Part shown: piece by piece, positions 38,578-49,600 of the stretch | How the letters are laid out: the number at the start of each line of letters is the position of its first letter | Numbering within the stretch: position 1 is the stretch's first letter | DNA from: Halobacteriovoraceae bacterium | GTDB lineage: Bacteria > Bdellovibrionota > Bacteriovoracia > Bacteriovoracales > Bacteriovoracaceae | NCBI GenBank assembly: GCA_963719505.1 | Contig: CAVRCF010000005.1 | Location: forward strand, 768,001 to 832,000 | Direction of reading: 5' to 3' | Length of the DNA stretch: 64,000 nt | The notes under the pieces: model-generated | The model's database searches: none | The model's input: the letters and a program-made list of their open reading frames with translations, nothing else | What the model was told of the DNA's origin: nothing | Program-made: the position numbers and the translations under genes

Positions 38578-39464
38578 TACGCTTTATTAAACTTATCAAA
38601 GAACATAATAGTTGGAGCTGCAACAAAAAGTGAAGAATATGTTCCGATAATAACACCTAAAGTGATAGCGAAGAAAAAGTCATGAATAACTCCACCACCC
38701 ATTGCAAACATCGTCACGGCTACAACTAAAGTTGTAAATGACGTCAGTATCGTTCTCGTAAGCGTCTCATTCAAGGCATTGTTAATATTGACCATTAATG
38801 AGCTTTGAACATCTTTCTCTTCGTTTTCACGAACTCTATCGTAGACAACAACCGTATCGTTAACCGAGTAACCAATAACGGCTAAAAGAGCACCAACGAT
38901 TTGAAGTGAGAATTCTTTATCCATAACAATGAAGACACCTACGATAATAACAACATCGTGAATAAGCGCCACAATCGCTCCTGGAGAATATTTATAATCA
39001 AATCTCAAGGCGATATAGATCATGATCATTAAAAGGGCCCAAATCAGTGCTTGAAAGCCTGATACTCTTAACTGCTCTCCAGCTTTTGGACCAACGATAT
39101 CCGTTTTCTGAATTGTCGGGTTAAAGCTTGAAAACTCGGTCATTAGCATTTTTGTAATCTGATCCGTAACCTGATTAAGATTTTCTTCAGAGCCACTCAC
39201 TTTAATAAGCAGTTCATTTTGAGAGTCTTCACCAATTTGCTGAACACTTGAAGATCTAAAGTTTTGATCAAGCTGTCCACGAAGTTTTCCCATATCAATT
39301 TTATCTGAGAACTGAACTTGAATCTCAGCTCCCCCACGAAAATCAACTCCGTAATTGAGACCTTTAGTAAAGAAAAGAAACAATGAAGCAACGACTAAAA
39401 CTAATGAGAAAACAACCGCTATAGGGAATTTTCCAACAAAGTCTATATTAAATTTTCTACTCAT
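38577..39464 (-). CDS. secF: Protein translocase subunit SecF
   Basis: GVDFRGG, ALIHD, GYSVNDTVVVYDRVREN, GTYSSLFVA. Confidence 0.96.
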   Translation of the reverse strand: MSRKFNIDFVGKFPIAVVFSLVLVVASLFLFFTKGLNYGVDFRGGAEIQVQFSDKIDMGKLRGQLDQNFRSSSVQQIGEDSQNELLIKVSGSEENLNQVTDQITKMLMTEFSSFNPTIQKTDIVGPKAGEQLRVSGFQALIWALLMIMIYIALRFDYKYSPGAIVALIHDVVIIVGVFIVMDKEFSLQIVGALLAVIGYSVNDTVVVYDRVRENEEKDVQSSLMVNINNALNETLTRTILTSFTTLVVAVTMFAMGGGVIHDFFFAITLGVIIGTYSSLFVAAPTIMFFDKFNKA

Positions 39465-39491
39465 TTTATTATCCTTATGATTTTTTAACTA

Positions 39492-41198
39492 TTAAATGCT
39501 TACCGATTTTCCGTTTGTTCTATCCATGTAGAACTCAAAGAAAATTCTCCCAACAAAATATGACGTATAGACAGTACAAATAATTCCGATAATAAGGGTT
39601 ACGGCGAAACCTCTAATCGGTCCGGTACCAAAGTTCAGAAGCATAAGTCCAGCAACCGCAGTGGTTAAGTTGGCATCGAGGATAGTCCAGAAAGCTCTTG
39701 AAAATCCAGTTTCAACAGCTTCTCTTACTGGCGTTCCAAAGCGAAGTTCTTCTTTAATTCTCTCGTAGATAATAATATTGGCATCGATGGCCATCCCTAC
39801 CGTTAGAGCAATACCTGCAATACCTGGAAGAGTTAAAGTCGCTTCAAGTCCAACGAGACATGCAAGAACAAAAATAATATTCATAGCGAGTGTCTTGATA
39901 GCAAGAAGACCAGAGACCTTGTAGTAAATGAGGATAAAAAGAAAAACAATCCCTGCTCCAATAAGTCCAGCAAGTCTTGACCTTTCAATTGAATCAGCTC
40001 CAAGACTTGGTCCTACAATTCTTTGCTCTTGAAATTCAAGTTCAACTGGAAGTGCACCAGCACGTAAAACAAGGGCAAGATCTCCAGCTTCTTTTAACAG
40101 ATCGTTATAGTTTCCTTGGCCTAGGGTAATCTGAGCATTACCACCAGCAATTCTACTTTGGAAAGCCGGAGCAGAATAAACGTTTCCATCAAGAATGATT
40201 CCCATTCTCTTTCCGATATTGTCTCCCGACATTTTTTCGAAAAGCTTTGCACCTTTAGCTTTAAAACTAATAGCTACATAGGGCTGATTATTTTGCTGAT
40301 CAACTCTTACTGATGCATCTTGAAGTGAATCTCCAGTTAACTGAGCTGAAGATTCAACTACGTATGGAATAAGTTGTTCGATTTCATTCGTTACTTTATT
40401 GAGAGTTTTTTCAAAAACTAATTGATATCCATTTGGCATATCTTTCGCTGCAAATTTATTCATTTGTGCTACATACTCAGAGAATCTCTCCCCTTTTTTG
40501 TATTCTATTCCAGCCTTTTTAGAATCCATCATCCAAGAATTTAATAAAGTTGGATTAATATCATCGTTAACCATTTTGAATTCTAATTTTGCTGTTTTAC
40601 CGATAAGCTCTTTTGCTCTTTCGATATCCTTTACTCCTGGAAGTTGGATAACAACTCTATCATTACCTTGAGAGACAATCTCTGGCTCAGTCACACCAAA
40701 CTCATCAATTCTGTTTCTAATAACTTCAATTGATTTTTTTACGGCATTGTTTTCGATATCACTTTTGAATTCACGTCCTAGCGCATATTGAAGAGTTGAT
40801 CCACTTTCAGAAGTTAATCTAAGTGTCTGACCATAATATTGCTTTACAAATCCTTCTGCTCTTTGAACATCAGCAGGATTTGAAATCTCGATAGAATGCT
40901 TTGGATCTTCGAGATCTCTTACATCGAGTTTTCCAATTTCGCTTGCAATTCCTTCATCTTTTAAAATTGACTCAATTTTTTTCGCGTAGTTTTTAATTTC
41001 ATCAGCGTAAACTTTTTTGAAGTCAATTCCTAAAACCATATAAAGACCACCTTGAAGGTCAAGGCCTAGATTGATTTTAGATTTAACGGGAAATGAGCTT
41101 TTTTCGTCGAAGTTAAATACAGTTGGAACAACGGCCATAACCGCCATAACAAAAAGAAATAACATAAAGCTAAAACGGTACCACCAGCTGCGATTCAT
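39492..41198 (-). CDS. secD: Protein translocase subunit SecD
   Basis: LGLDLQGG, RNRIDEFGVTEP, LRAGALP, GMAIDAN..IYERIKEE. Confidence 0.96.
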   Translation of the reverse strand: MNRSWWYRFSFMLFLFVMAVMAVVPTVFNFDEKSSFPVKSKINLGLDLQGGLYMVLGIDFKKVYADEIKNYAKKIESILKDEGIASEIGKLDVRDLEDPKHSIEISNPADVQRAEGFVKQYYGQTLRLTSESGSTLQYALGREFKSDIENNAVKKSIEVIRNRIDEFGVTEPEIVSQGNDRVVIQLPGVKDIERAKELIGKTAKLEFKMVNDDINPTLLNSWMMDSKKAGIEYKKGERFSEYVAQMNKFAAKDMPNGYQLVFEKTLNKVTNEIEQLIPYVVESSAQLTGDSLQDASVRVDQQNNQPYVAISFKAKGAKLFEKMSGDNIGKRMGIILDGNVYSAPAFQSRIAGGNAQITLGQGNYNDLLKEAGDLALVLRAGALPVELEFQEQRIVGPSLGADSIERSRLAGLIGAGIVFLFILIYYKVSGLLAIKTLAMNIIFVLACLVGLEATLTLPGIAGIALTVGMAIDANIIIYERIKEELRFGTPVREAVETGFSRAFWTILDANLTTAVAGLMLLNFGTGPIRGFAVTLIIGIICTVYTSYFVGRIFFEFYMDRTNGKSVSI

Positions 41199-41316
41199 GA
41201 ATTTTCACCTTTTGTATAGATTTTTTATCTTTTGTCTAAATACTTTGTAATTTATTTTTAGACCAAAATTCTAAACAATTATAGGCGTCTGTGCAACTGT
41301 ATTGCTCTATATAGAT

Positions 41317-41646
41317 TTATTTCTTTTGGGGATCGATGTCACTGACGACATCTTCAGAATGATGAGAAGGATCAACATCTGATGGAAGTTCGTCTGAAAC
41401 TTCTGGTTGATCCAGAGGTGCAATTTGATGAGCGCTCTGTGAGCTTGTTTGAGAGTTTACTTTGTCATTTGACTGAGTGTTTGAATCAGGATTTTGGATC
41501 GATTCCTTGATACCATTCGCTGCATTTTGAAATTCACGAATCCCCTTACCAAGTCCTTTAGCGAGACCTGGCAACTTCTTGGGACCAATAAAGATCAGTG
41601 CAATGAAAAGGACAACAACAATTTCGCCAATACCTAATCCAAACAT
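41317..41646 (-). CDS. tatA: Twin-arginine translocase TatA/TatB subunit
   Basis: MFGLGIGEI...IGPKKLP.LAK.LGK.IREF; A versus B assignment uncertain. Confidence 0.8.
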   Translation of the reverse strand: MFGLGIGEIVVVLFIALIFIGPKKLPGLAKGLGKGIREFQNAANGIKESIQNPDSNTQSNDKVNSQTSSQSAHQIAPLDQPEVSDELPSDVDPSHHSEDVVSDIDPQKK

Positions 41647-41658
41647 TCTTTGTCCTTA

Positions 41659-42000
41659 TTATTTCTTTTTTTCTTCTTTAGTCTCGTAAAGAGATTTTGC
41701 GCTTCCCGCAATTTGAGAACGTAAAAATTTAAGCTTCGTTCCACCATCAACTTCCAAAGTGACTATTTTGTCAGTAAGTCCGTAGATTGTTCCAATCATA
41801 CCAGATTTAGTGAAAACTTCCTCACCTTTTTGCATCCCAGCAACAAACTTTTGCTCTTCTTGCATTTTTTTCTTCTGAGGCTTGATCATAAGAAAATAGA
41901 AAACAATAAAGACCAAAATGATTGGTACAAAGTTCATGATTGGGTTTGTTTGGGCACCTGCCGCCTGAGCGTGTGCGTTAGAAATAAGTAAATCAAACAT
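41659..42000 (-). CDS. yajC: Preprotein translocase subunit YajC
   Basis: FYFLMIKPQKK...GEEVFTKSGMIG. Confidence 0.95.
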   Translation of the reverse strand: MFDLLISNAHAQAAGAQTNPIMNFVPIILVFIVFYFLMIKPQKKKMQEEQKFVAGMQKGEEVFTKSGMIGTIYGLTDKIVTLEVDGGTKLKFLRSQIAGSAKSLYETKEEKKK

Positions 42001-42015
42001 TAAAGTCTCCTTAAA

Positions 42016-43134
42016 TTAAACGTGCATCTGTGAATTATAATTTTTATCAAACTCTTTATAATAATCTTCGAATCTATCGTCAAAAATCGCCTCTCTCGCC
42101 TCTTCAACCATCGTCAGATAGAAGTGGAGATTGTGATAACTGATCAATTGTCCAGCAAGGTACTCTCCCACATTAAATAGATGTCGTATATAAGAACGTG
42201 AATATCTCGAACAAGTTGAACAATTACACGTTGGATCTGGTGGAAGTGGATCTTCTTTAAATCTTTCCTTCTTTATATTGAGGGGTCCATGCTTGGTGAG
42301 AAATTGTCCGTTTCTAGCATTTCTTGTCGGGAGGACACAATCAAACATATCAATTCCAGCACGGATACCATTGAGAATATCAAGAGGCTTTCCAACCCCC
42401 ATAAGATATCTTGGTTTTTGCTCCGGCATTTTAGGAGCAAATGAATTGAGAAATGAGACCATCTCTTCATTTTTCTCGCCCACAGAGAGTCCCCCAAGTG
42501 CATATCCAGGAAAGTCCATCTCCATAAGCCTCTCCATGCATTCCTGTCTGAGGTCCTCATGAAGACCCCCTTGAATAATGCTAAAAAGATGTTGATGACT
42601 TTGAAGCTCATAGTCTTTGCACCTTTTGGCCCAACGAAGAGTAAGTTCCATACTTGTTCTCAGAGTCTCTTTTGTCGCCGGAAGCTTTGGACACTCATCA
42701 AAGATCATAACGATGTCTGATCCCAAAGCTTTTTGAATTTCCATCGATTTCTCTGGGCTGAGCATATGATAGCTTCCATCAATATGAGATTGAAACTTCA
42801 CACCCTCTTCGCTCACTTTATTTAAGTCACTTAGTGAAAAAACCTGAAATCCACCTGAGTCTGTTAAAATAGGTCTATCCCAAGTCATCCATTTATGAAG
42901 ACCACCCATTTTTTCAATAAGTTCATGTCCAGGTCTCAAGTAGAGATGATAGGTGTTTCCCAAGATAATTTGGGCGTTCATTCTCTCAAGATCTTCTTGC
43001 CAAAGACTTTTAACAGAACCTCTAGTCCCTACCGGCATGAAGATAGGAGTTTTAATTTCTCCGTGACTTGTGGTCACTGTTCCCGCTCTGGCCTGGCCTG
43101 ACTTTGCCTCTAATTTGTAAATAGGGTTTTTCAT
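42016..43134 (-). CDS. tgt: tRNA-guanine transglycosylase
   Basis: TPIFMPVGT, NTYHL, TDSGGFQVFS, DCVLPTRNARNG, CNCSTC zinc site. Confidence 0.97.
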   Translation of the reverse strand: MKNPIYKLEAKSGQARAGTVTTSHGEIKTPIFMPVGTRGSVKSLWQEDLERMNAQIILGNTYHLYLRPGHELIEKMGGLHKWMTWDRPILTDSGGFQVFSLSDLNKVSEEGVKFQSHIDGSYHMLSPEKSMEIQKALGSDIVMIFDECPKLPATKETLRTSMELTLRWAKRCKDYELQSHQHLFSIIQGGLHEDLRQECMERLMEMDFPGYALGGLSVGEKNEEMVSFLNSFAPKMPEQKPRYLMGVGKPLDILNGIRAGIDMFDCVLPTRNARNGQFLTKHGPLNIKKERFKEDPLPPDPTCNCSTCSRYSRSYIRHLFNVGEYLAGQLISYHNLHFYLTMVEEAREAIFDDRFEDYYKEFDKNYNSQMHV

Positions 43135-43137
43135 AAT

Positions 43138-44217
43138 TTAATCTCTTATGATGATCATTCCATCTCCATAGGAGAAAAAACGATAGTCGTTTTCAATTGC
43201 TATCTTATAGAGTTCTAGTGCTTTTTCTCTTCCTATCAAAGAGCTTACAAGCATTAGCAAGGTACTTTTAGGAAGATGAAAATTTGTGATCAGACCTTTA
43301 ATGGAATGAACTTTTTTTCCAGGATATAAAAAGATATCAGTCGCTTGAAACCCGTCAGTCTCTTTAATAAAGCCTCTATCATCACTTTGGCTTTCAAGCA
43401 CCCTTAAAGATGTTGTTCCTACCGCAATAATATTTCCTTGATGAGCTCTTATACTCTTTAAAGCCTCTTCATCAATGCTATAAAACTCTTCATGCATGGA
43501 GTGTTCAAGTATGTTTTGCGTTGAGACAGGTTTAAATGTCCCCGCTCCCACGTGCAAAGTGACAAAAGACTTATCAATTCCCTTCACCTTAAGTCCCTCA
43601 AAAAGTTCAGGAGTGAAATGCAGTCCGGCCGTTGGCGCTGCAACAGAGCCCATCGTACCAGCATAGACTGTTTGATAATCCTCTAGGTCTTTTTCATCGG
43701 CAACTCCCCCTCTGATGTAGGGAGGAATAGGTATTTTTCCAATCTTCTCTAAAGTCTCTAGAAGCTTTTCATCACTCATATTAAATTCAACATAAAAGGA
43801 TCCATCGTCAGAAATATTTGAAAGAGTCGCTATGAGACCCCCAAAAATAAAGCGGTCACCAATATGTTTTTTTCCACTTGTCTTAATAAGAGCGGGATAA
43901 GAATTCTTAGTTTTTATCAGCGACAAGATGAAAACTTCACAACGCCCACCGGTTGGCTTCACCCCAATAAGTCTGCAGGGAAAAACTTTTGATTCATTGA
44001 GAACAAGATGGTCTTTTGGATCTAAGATATCGGGTAAATCAAAATAATGACGATGCTCAACGCTGTCAGTTTTTACTCTGTAAACTAAGAGCTTTGAATT
44101 TTGCCGACCAGCAACTGGCCTATCAGCAATTGAAGCTTCAGGCAGGTCATAATCATATGACGCTAAGAGTAAATCAGGATTTAACGGATTGTTTTGCATT
44201 GCTCTGATTCTTAGCAT
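43138..44217 (-). CDS. queA: S-adenosylmethionine:tRNA ribosyltransferase-isomerase
   Basis: PPYI, YQTVYA, AAPTAGLHF, TLHVGAGTF, TNFHLPKSTL, YRFFSYGD; alternative start at 44199. Confidence 0.97.
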   Translation of the reverse strand: MLRIRAMQNNPLNPDLLLASYDYDLPEASIADRPVAGRQNSKLLVYRVKTDSVEHRHYFDLPDILDPKDHLVLNESKVFPCRLIGVKPTGGRCEVFILSLIKTKNSYPALIKTSGKKHIGDRFIFGGLIATLSNISDDGSFYVEFNMSDEKLLETLEKIGKIPIPPYIRGGVADEKDLEDYQTVYAGTMGSVAAPTAGLHFTPELFEGLKVKGIDKSFVTLHVGAGTFKPVSTQNILEHSMHEEFYSIDEEALKSIRAHQGNIIAVGTTSLRVLESQSDDRGFIKETDGFQATDIFLYPGKKVHSIKGLITNFHLPKSTLLMLVSSLIGREKALELYKIAIENDYRFFSYGDGMIIIRD

Positions 44218-44229
44218 AAAATATCGTTA

Positions 44230-44574
44230 ATGAGAACGACAATAATGACATTTATACTATTGATTTCGGTATCTTCTGCCTCCACAATCGACTGGACTCG
44301 ACTTGAGATGGAGATGGACTATTTGGAAGCAGATAAGCCCGACTCTGTTGGTCTGGCAAAAATTGAATCTCAAGATGAAAGACCTGTTGACTCACTCTCT
44401 CTTCGAAGAAAAGCCATCGATGAAAAAGATGGCATTATAGATCTTGAACCTCTTTTTGACGAAGTAAACCTAAAGCAGGCTTCCCCGGTTAAAGAGCAAC
44501 CTAAAAAGTCTGAATCCTCTCAGCGAATAGATGGAACTCTCTCAAAGGATGCCTTTGAGAGCTTAGTTGACTAA
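44230..44574 (+). CDS. Exported hypothetical protein
   Basis: N-terminal signal-like segment; acidic. Confidence 0.5.
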   Translation: MRTTIMTFILLISVSSASTIDWTRLEMEMDYLEADKPDSVGLAKIESQDERPVDSLSLRRKAIDEKDGIIDLEPLFDEVNLKQASPVKEQPKKSESSQRIDGTLSKDAFESLVD

Positions 44575-44669
44575 AAGACAAATTTTCCGCTTTCCGGAAT
44601 ACTCTTAAAAAAATTTAATTAAGTCCCAAGAAATTTCGATAAATCCTTAAACGTAACAAAGGATTTATT

Positions 44670-45368
44670 ATGAAGAAGTTTCTTGGAACCATGATGGTTG
44701 CCCTCTTAACTACAACGACTGCTTTTGCCACTACAGATCTCGATGTCAAAGTTGAATTAAACTTTGATAAGTCTACTGATGTAAATTCTGTAGATAGCCA
44801 ATACTTAAAATTTGTTCCTGAAAATTGGAGATTTCCAAGCTCGACTAACCTCGGAAAACAACAGAAAGAAAAGTTCGTCGCAGCTTTAGACCTTATGGAA
44901 GAAGTTGTTAATCATGAAGACTTTAAGTCCATGATCCTCTCATATGAAAAAGAAAAAGGTGTTCGTGAATTCCAAAAAAATTATCTTTGGAGAGATACCG
45001 AAACAAAACTCTCGAACGAAGATATCTATAAAATTATCATGAATGGTGATGAGAAGATGAGAGATAATACTCTTGGTGAAATGAATTTTAACTCTTATGT
45101 TAAAATCTGTAGTGGTATTAGAAAGTGGGGAGTTTGGTGTCGTAAAGTGATAGGCTCAACTGACCCTTATAACAGCAAGTGGATTAAACTAAACTGGAAA
45201 TTCTACCAGCAGTTTGATACGCCAAAAATGATCAATAATATGACTCATGAGTGGCTTCACCTCTTAGGTTTTCTTCACGGAAAAGATAATATGAGAAAAG
45301 AAGTCCCTTATGTTGTTGGACAAATTGCTGAAGTTGTCGCTAGAAAGATTATAGCTGAAAGAAAATAA
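44670..45368 (+). CDS. Secreted zincin-like metalloprotease
   Basis: Signal peptide; THEWLHLLGF.H motif. Confidence 0.65.
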   Translation: MKKFLGTMMVALLTTTTAFATTDLDVKVELNFDKSTDVNSVDSQYLKFVPENWRFPSSTNLGKQQKEKFVAALDLMEEVVNHEDFKSMILSYEKEKGVREFQKNYLWRDTETKLSNEDIYKIIMNGDEKMRDNTLGEMNFNSYVKICSGIRKWGVWCRKVIGSTDPYNSKWIKLNWKFYQQFDTPKMINNMTHEWLHLLGFLHGKDNMRKEVPYVVGQIAEVVARKIIAERK

Positions 45369-45374
45369 AAGAAA

Positions 45375-45614
45375 TTAAAGAATAGAAAAATTTCGGTAGA
45401 GTTCGAGCTTTGCGACGACTCTATCGATAAATTCTTTTACGGCAATAAAAGCCCCGTAAGAGCGTACCTGACTTAAAAGAAATTCAAACAAAGCCGTTAA
45501 CATTTCAATCGCTGGTTCAAGGTTAAACTTCTTTACCAAAAAATCCACAAGACCACTCGCCTCTTCAACCTGGTTTTTATTGACAACGTAGAGTGGATTT
45601 TTATTTTTACTCAT
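45375..45614 (-). CDS. Small helical protein coupled to ParA
   Basis: ATGA overlap with the parA stop. Confidence 0.65.
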   Translation of the reverse strand: MSKNKNPLYVVNKNQVEEASGLVDFLVKKFNLEPAIEMLTALFEFLLSQVRSYGAFIAVKEFIDRVVAKLELYRNFSIL

Positions 45615-46465
45615 TGTAGTTCCCCAAGTTTTGCTTCAACTGCATCTGCCATGGTTAAAAATTGCTTTTGCAGCTCTTTATAGTCACTTGCTTCAAAATC
45701 AAAAACCGATTTTTTTGAAGACATACTTTTTGCAAAACTTGCTTTATTTTTAAAAGGCATAAAAACTTCTGCCTCATTAAACCTATCTTTTATTTTTTCA
45801 AAATCAATATTTGTCTGTTTTCTTCTATTTTCAAAAAGATTTGGAATATAACCCAAATTTCTCGGTGTTGTTGTGATTCCCATGTCATCGATATCCTCAA
45901 CGACCTGTTGAATATTTCGAAGACCCTGTTCTGAAAAAGAATCGGGGATAAAAGGATAAAGGACACCATCTGTCGCACAAAGAATATTCACCACAATTAA
46001 ACCTAACGTTGGAGGTCCATCGATAACAATATAGTCATAGATTGAATTGAGGTTATTTTTTTCAATAAATCTTTTTAAAATTAATTGTCTTGGAGCACTT
46101 ATTCCAGCAACTGTTAACTCAAATCCAGAGAGTTCTTGTCCCGATGAGATCAAATCAATATTTGGTTTTACCGTCTGAATAACTTCACTGAGAAGACAAT
46201 TTGTGTGAAGAGCACGAAGCTCTTTGATTGAATTTATAAGAAGATGAAAAATATTTTTGTCTGTCGTGGGAGCACTAAAAAGGCTGGTAAAATTAAACTG
46301 AGGATCCATATCAATACAAAGAACTTTGTGTCCTTTTGCCGATAAGGCATGGGCCATATTGAAGGCCATCGTGGTTTTCCCCACTCCACCTTTTTGATTC
46401 ATCAACGCGATAACCTTACCGCTTGGGGCTTGTTCATTTTCAAACTTCTTTAAAAATTTTAACAT
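45611..46465 (-). CDS. ParA/Soj-family ATPase (orphan)
   Basis: Deviant Walker A NQKGGVGKTT, IDMDPQ, IDGPP. Confidence 0.9.
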   Translation of the reverse strand: MLKFLKKFENEQAPSGKVIALMNQKGGVGKTTMAFNMAHALSAKGHKVLCIDMDPQFNFTSLFSAPTTDKNIFHLLINSIKELRALHTNCLLSEVIQTVKPNIDLISSGQELSGFELTVAGISAPRQLILKRFIEKNNLNSIYDYIVIDGPPTLGLIVVNILCATDGVLYPFIPDSFSEQGLRNIQQVVEDIDDMGITTTPRNLGYIPNLFENRRKQTNIDFEKIKDRFNEAEVFMPFKNKASFAKSMSSKKSVFDFEASDYKELQKQFLTMADAVEAKLGELQ

Positions 46466-46681
46466 TTGCTCATCCTTGGTACCTATACGCTAAGATTAGA
46501 GGGACCTTACGTCAATAATTTTAGGCACTAAAGACATTTTTGTCCATAGGAGTTTTTCTCTAAGTCCATGAAATGACGTTATACCTCTAGCATTACCCAA
46601 GTGAACCTTTCAACCATGCTAATATTTATAAATAAGTATCCGAAAAGACTAATAGGATACACAAGCGATAAGGATTTGCTT

Positions 46682-49600
46682 TTGAAGTTTTATGGATTGA
46701 ATATTCTATTCATCATTATTGTTGCGATGGCATGTAATGTCGCGCCTCAAGATTCGCAAACTCCAAAGAGTGAGAGTAATGCTGTTGATTTTCCAACGCT
46801 TAATTATAATCAAAAGTTTTCTTTTAACACCGCTGTTGAAACGACAACAGAGACAAATGGTGTTTTTACAACGATGCTAACCAGAACGGGTGCAAATTTT
46901 CCACAAACTCAAAATGTTATAATGAGATTAGGTGGAACAGCTGAAAACGAAGATCTCTCTGCCATTCTTGTCAACGGTGCCCCCGCTGTTTTTATTTCTT
47001 CAACTCAATTTATAGCAACCTTTCCTGAGGGAACGAATTCACTATCAGTCTCACTTGTCACATTTGACGACACGATTTTTGAAGAACAAGAGTTTTTTAA
47101 AATATCTCTTGAACCAAATGGAAGAGATTATGGGATTACTGGTAACACGGAGTTTTCTGTCATCATTAATGATAATGATCAATACCCTACAGCTTCTTTT
47201 GCAACATCTACCTATAGTGGAAATGAGGGTACAAATATAAATGTGACAGTTTCCGTTTCAAATCTCACCGAGGGCGACATTCATATTCCTATAGTCTTTG
47301 ATGCCTCTGGAAGTACAGTCACTCAAAATGATACTAATTTTTCAAATCAAACACTCGTCTTTAATCAGACAACGGGTATGGTTCAACAAATTAGTATTCA
47401 ACTTTCAAATGATATCTTCAATGAGCTCGACGAAGTTTTAAAACTAAAAATTGAAACCCCGTTGCAAGCTATCGTAGGACCTATTCCATCGACTGAAATT
47501 ACGATCCAAGACTCGGGCGCACTTCCAAGTTATTCATTGAGTTCATCAACCTACTCTTTTAATGAAAGTGGAGGGGGCAATCAGTTTAACCTCGTTTTAC
47601 AAATGACAGGAACGGTTGAAAATGAAATCGTCGTTCCCATCTCAACTGTTATAACAGCGGGAAATATTATTGAAGGAGTTGACTACACCAAGAGTAACTC
47701 AACTTTTATTATTCCGGCTGGATCTACTAATGCGACATCAACCATTACTTTTACAGCAATTGACGATAATATTTGGGAAGGCAATGAATCTTTTGACGTC
47801 AGTATTCCAAACACAACATATGCAAATGCTTTTGGGAATACGACGGCGGCAATAACTCTCAATGATGTGGGAGAAACAGCTCCAACGATCGGCTTTATCG
47901 CGACAAACTATCAAACAACTGAGGGAAACACCTTCCAACTTCCAATAGAACTCGATTTCAGAAGTTCAGTACCTATCACCATTGACTACGTAGTGGATAC
48001 CGTCTCGTTAGACTCCGCAACTCCTGGAACAGACCACTCGCTTTTAGCTTCCGGTACCTTTACGATACCAGCTGGAACGAAAATATTTACTCGCCCCATC
48101 CTCATCTCAAATGATGGAATCTATGATCAAGGCGAAAAAATTAGAATTACCATTTCAAATCCTTCACAAGGATCTATCGGAACGGCCAGCAGCTCTATCA
48201 ATATCAATGAAGCCGGCGGTCTTGCTACAGTTTCATTTGCAACAGCTCTTAGCACGGGAACAGAGGGCACAACCTCTCAGGTTGATTTGACTCTATCTAA
48301 AGTCAGTCAAAACCCTCAAAGTTTTAAAATTTTGGTTGATGAAATTGGCGCGACAAGTTTAGACTTTGACGATCTCGTTGATATATCTGCAAACTGTACC
48401 ATCGCAAAAGATGTGCCGACAGAACATCGATATACGATCACAATCGCCGCAGGTGAAACAAACTGCCCGATAGGCATACCAATTATTACAAATGACGACA
48501 CACTTGATGAGCCAACCGAGGAGATCAGACTTAGAATTCTTCAACCGGAAACTCTTAATATAGGAACTATCGGATTACACAATTTTAATATTGAAGACGA
48601 TGATGCTCCAAGTACTGCAACCCTATCTGTGGCCAATGCCACCGTTGATGAGGGATTAAGTGAAACCTTTACTATCACTTTAGATAAGGCCTCTGGCTTT
48701 GATCTTTATATTAATATTGGAGTCGATGGTTCAAGCCAGGCAACAATTAATACAGACTATACACTTTCAACTCAGTCCGTTCTCATTCAAAAAGGTCAAA
48801 CCACTCAGACGTTTACTTTAGACTCTATAGCCGACGGAAACTTTGAGGACGCAAATGAGTTAGTTGTCCTTAATATTGATGCAGGTCCTAATTACACTAT
48901 TGGTGTGCCGGCAACACAGAGTATAGAAATTACTGAACTTGAATCAGCACCGCTTGTCTCTATAAGAGGGGCTTTAAGTGAAAACTTTAATGAGAATGAT
49001 ATCGTTAATATTATTTTTGAATTAGATAAACCAACATATCAAAATATCCTGGTTCGCTTTGAGCGCAATTTTACAGGCACCTTTTGTGACACTGCACCAG
49101 CTCCTCCTGTTGCTCCAAATGAGTGTGCTATCATGGCAGAAGATGTGCCTGAGTTAGATGCACACGTGGGTTATGTCATTATTCCAGCAGGATCAACACA
49201 AGCGAGTTTAAGCTTCAAGATCCTTGCAGATAATCTTTTCGAACTGGATCGCCCAGAAGCTTTTGAGATCGCTCTGGATAGTGTCTCTGCTGCAAATACC
49301 TATACTGTTGATGGATTAGGAAACCCTGACGTCATTACACCCTATCCTACCATTGCTCCAGGTGCTGTCACAGCGAAAGAGATTATTATCACTGATGTGG
49401 ATGTTCCAAGTGTTGCTCGCTTTATCGGTGATAAATTTGTTGTTAAGAATGAAGGAGATGCTACAAGTTTAGTGATTCCATTCTTTCTAACAACTCCTTC
49501 TGCACAAGATACCACTTTTAAAGTTATGATCAAACAAAGTGAAGATACTGAAACCTATAAACCAGATGCAAATGACTTTACCCCTGGGGCAAATTTTTAT

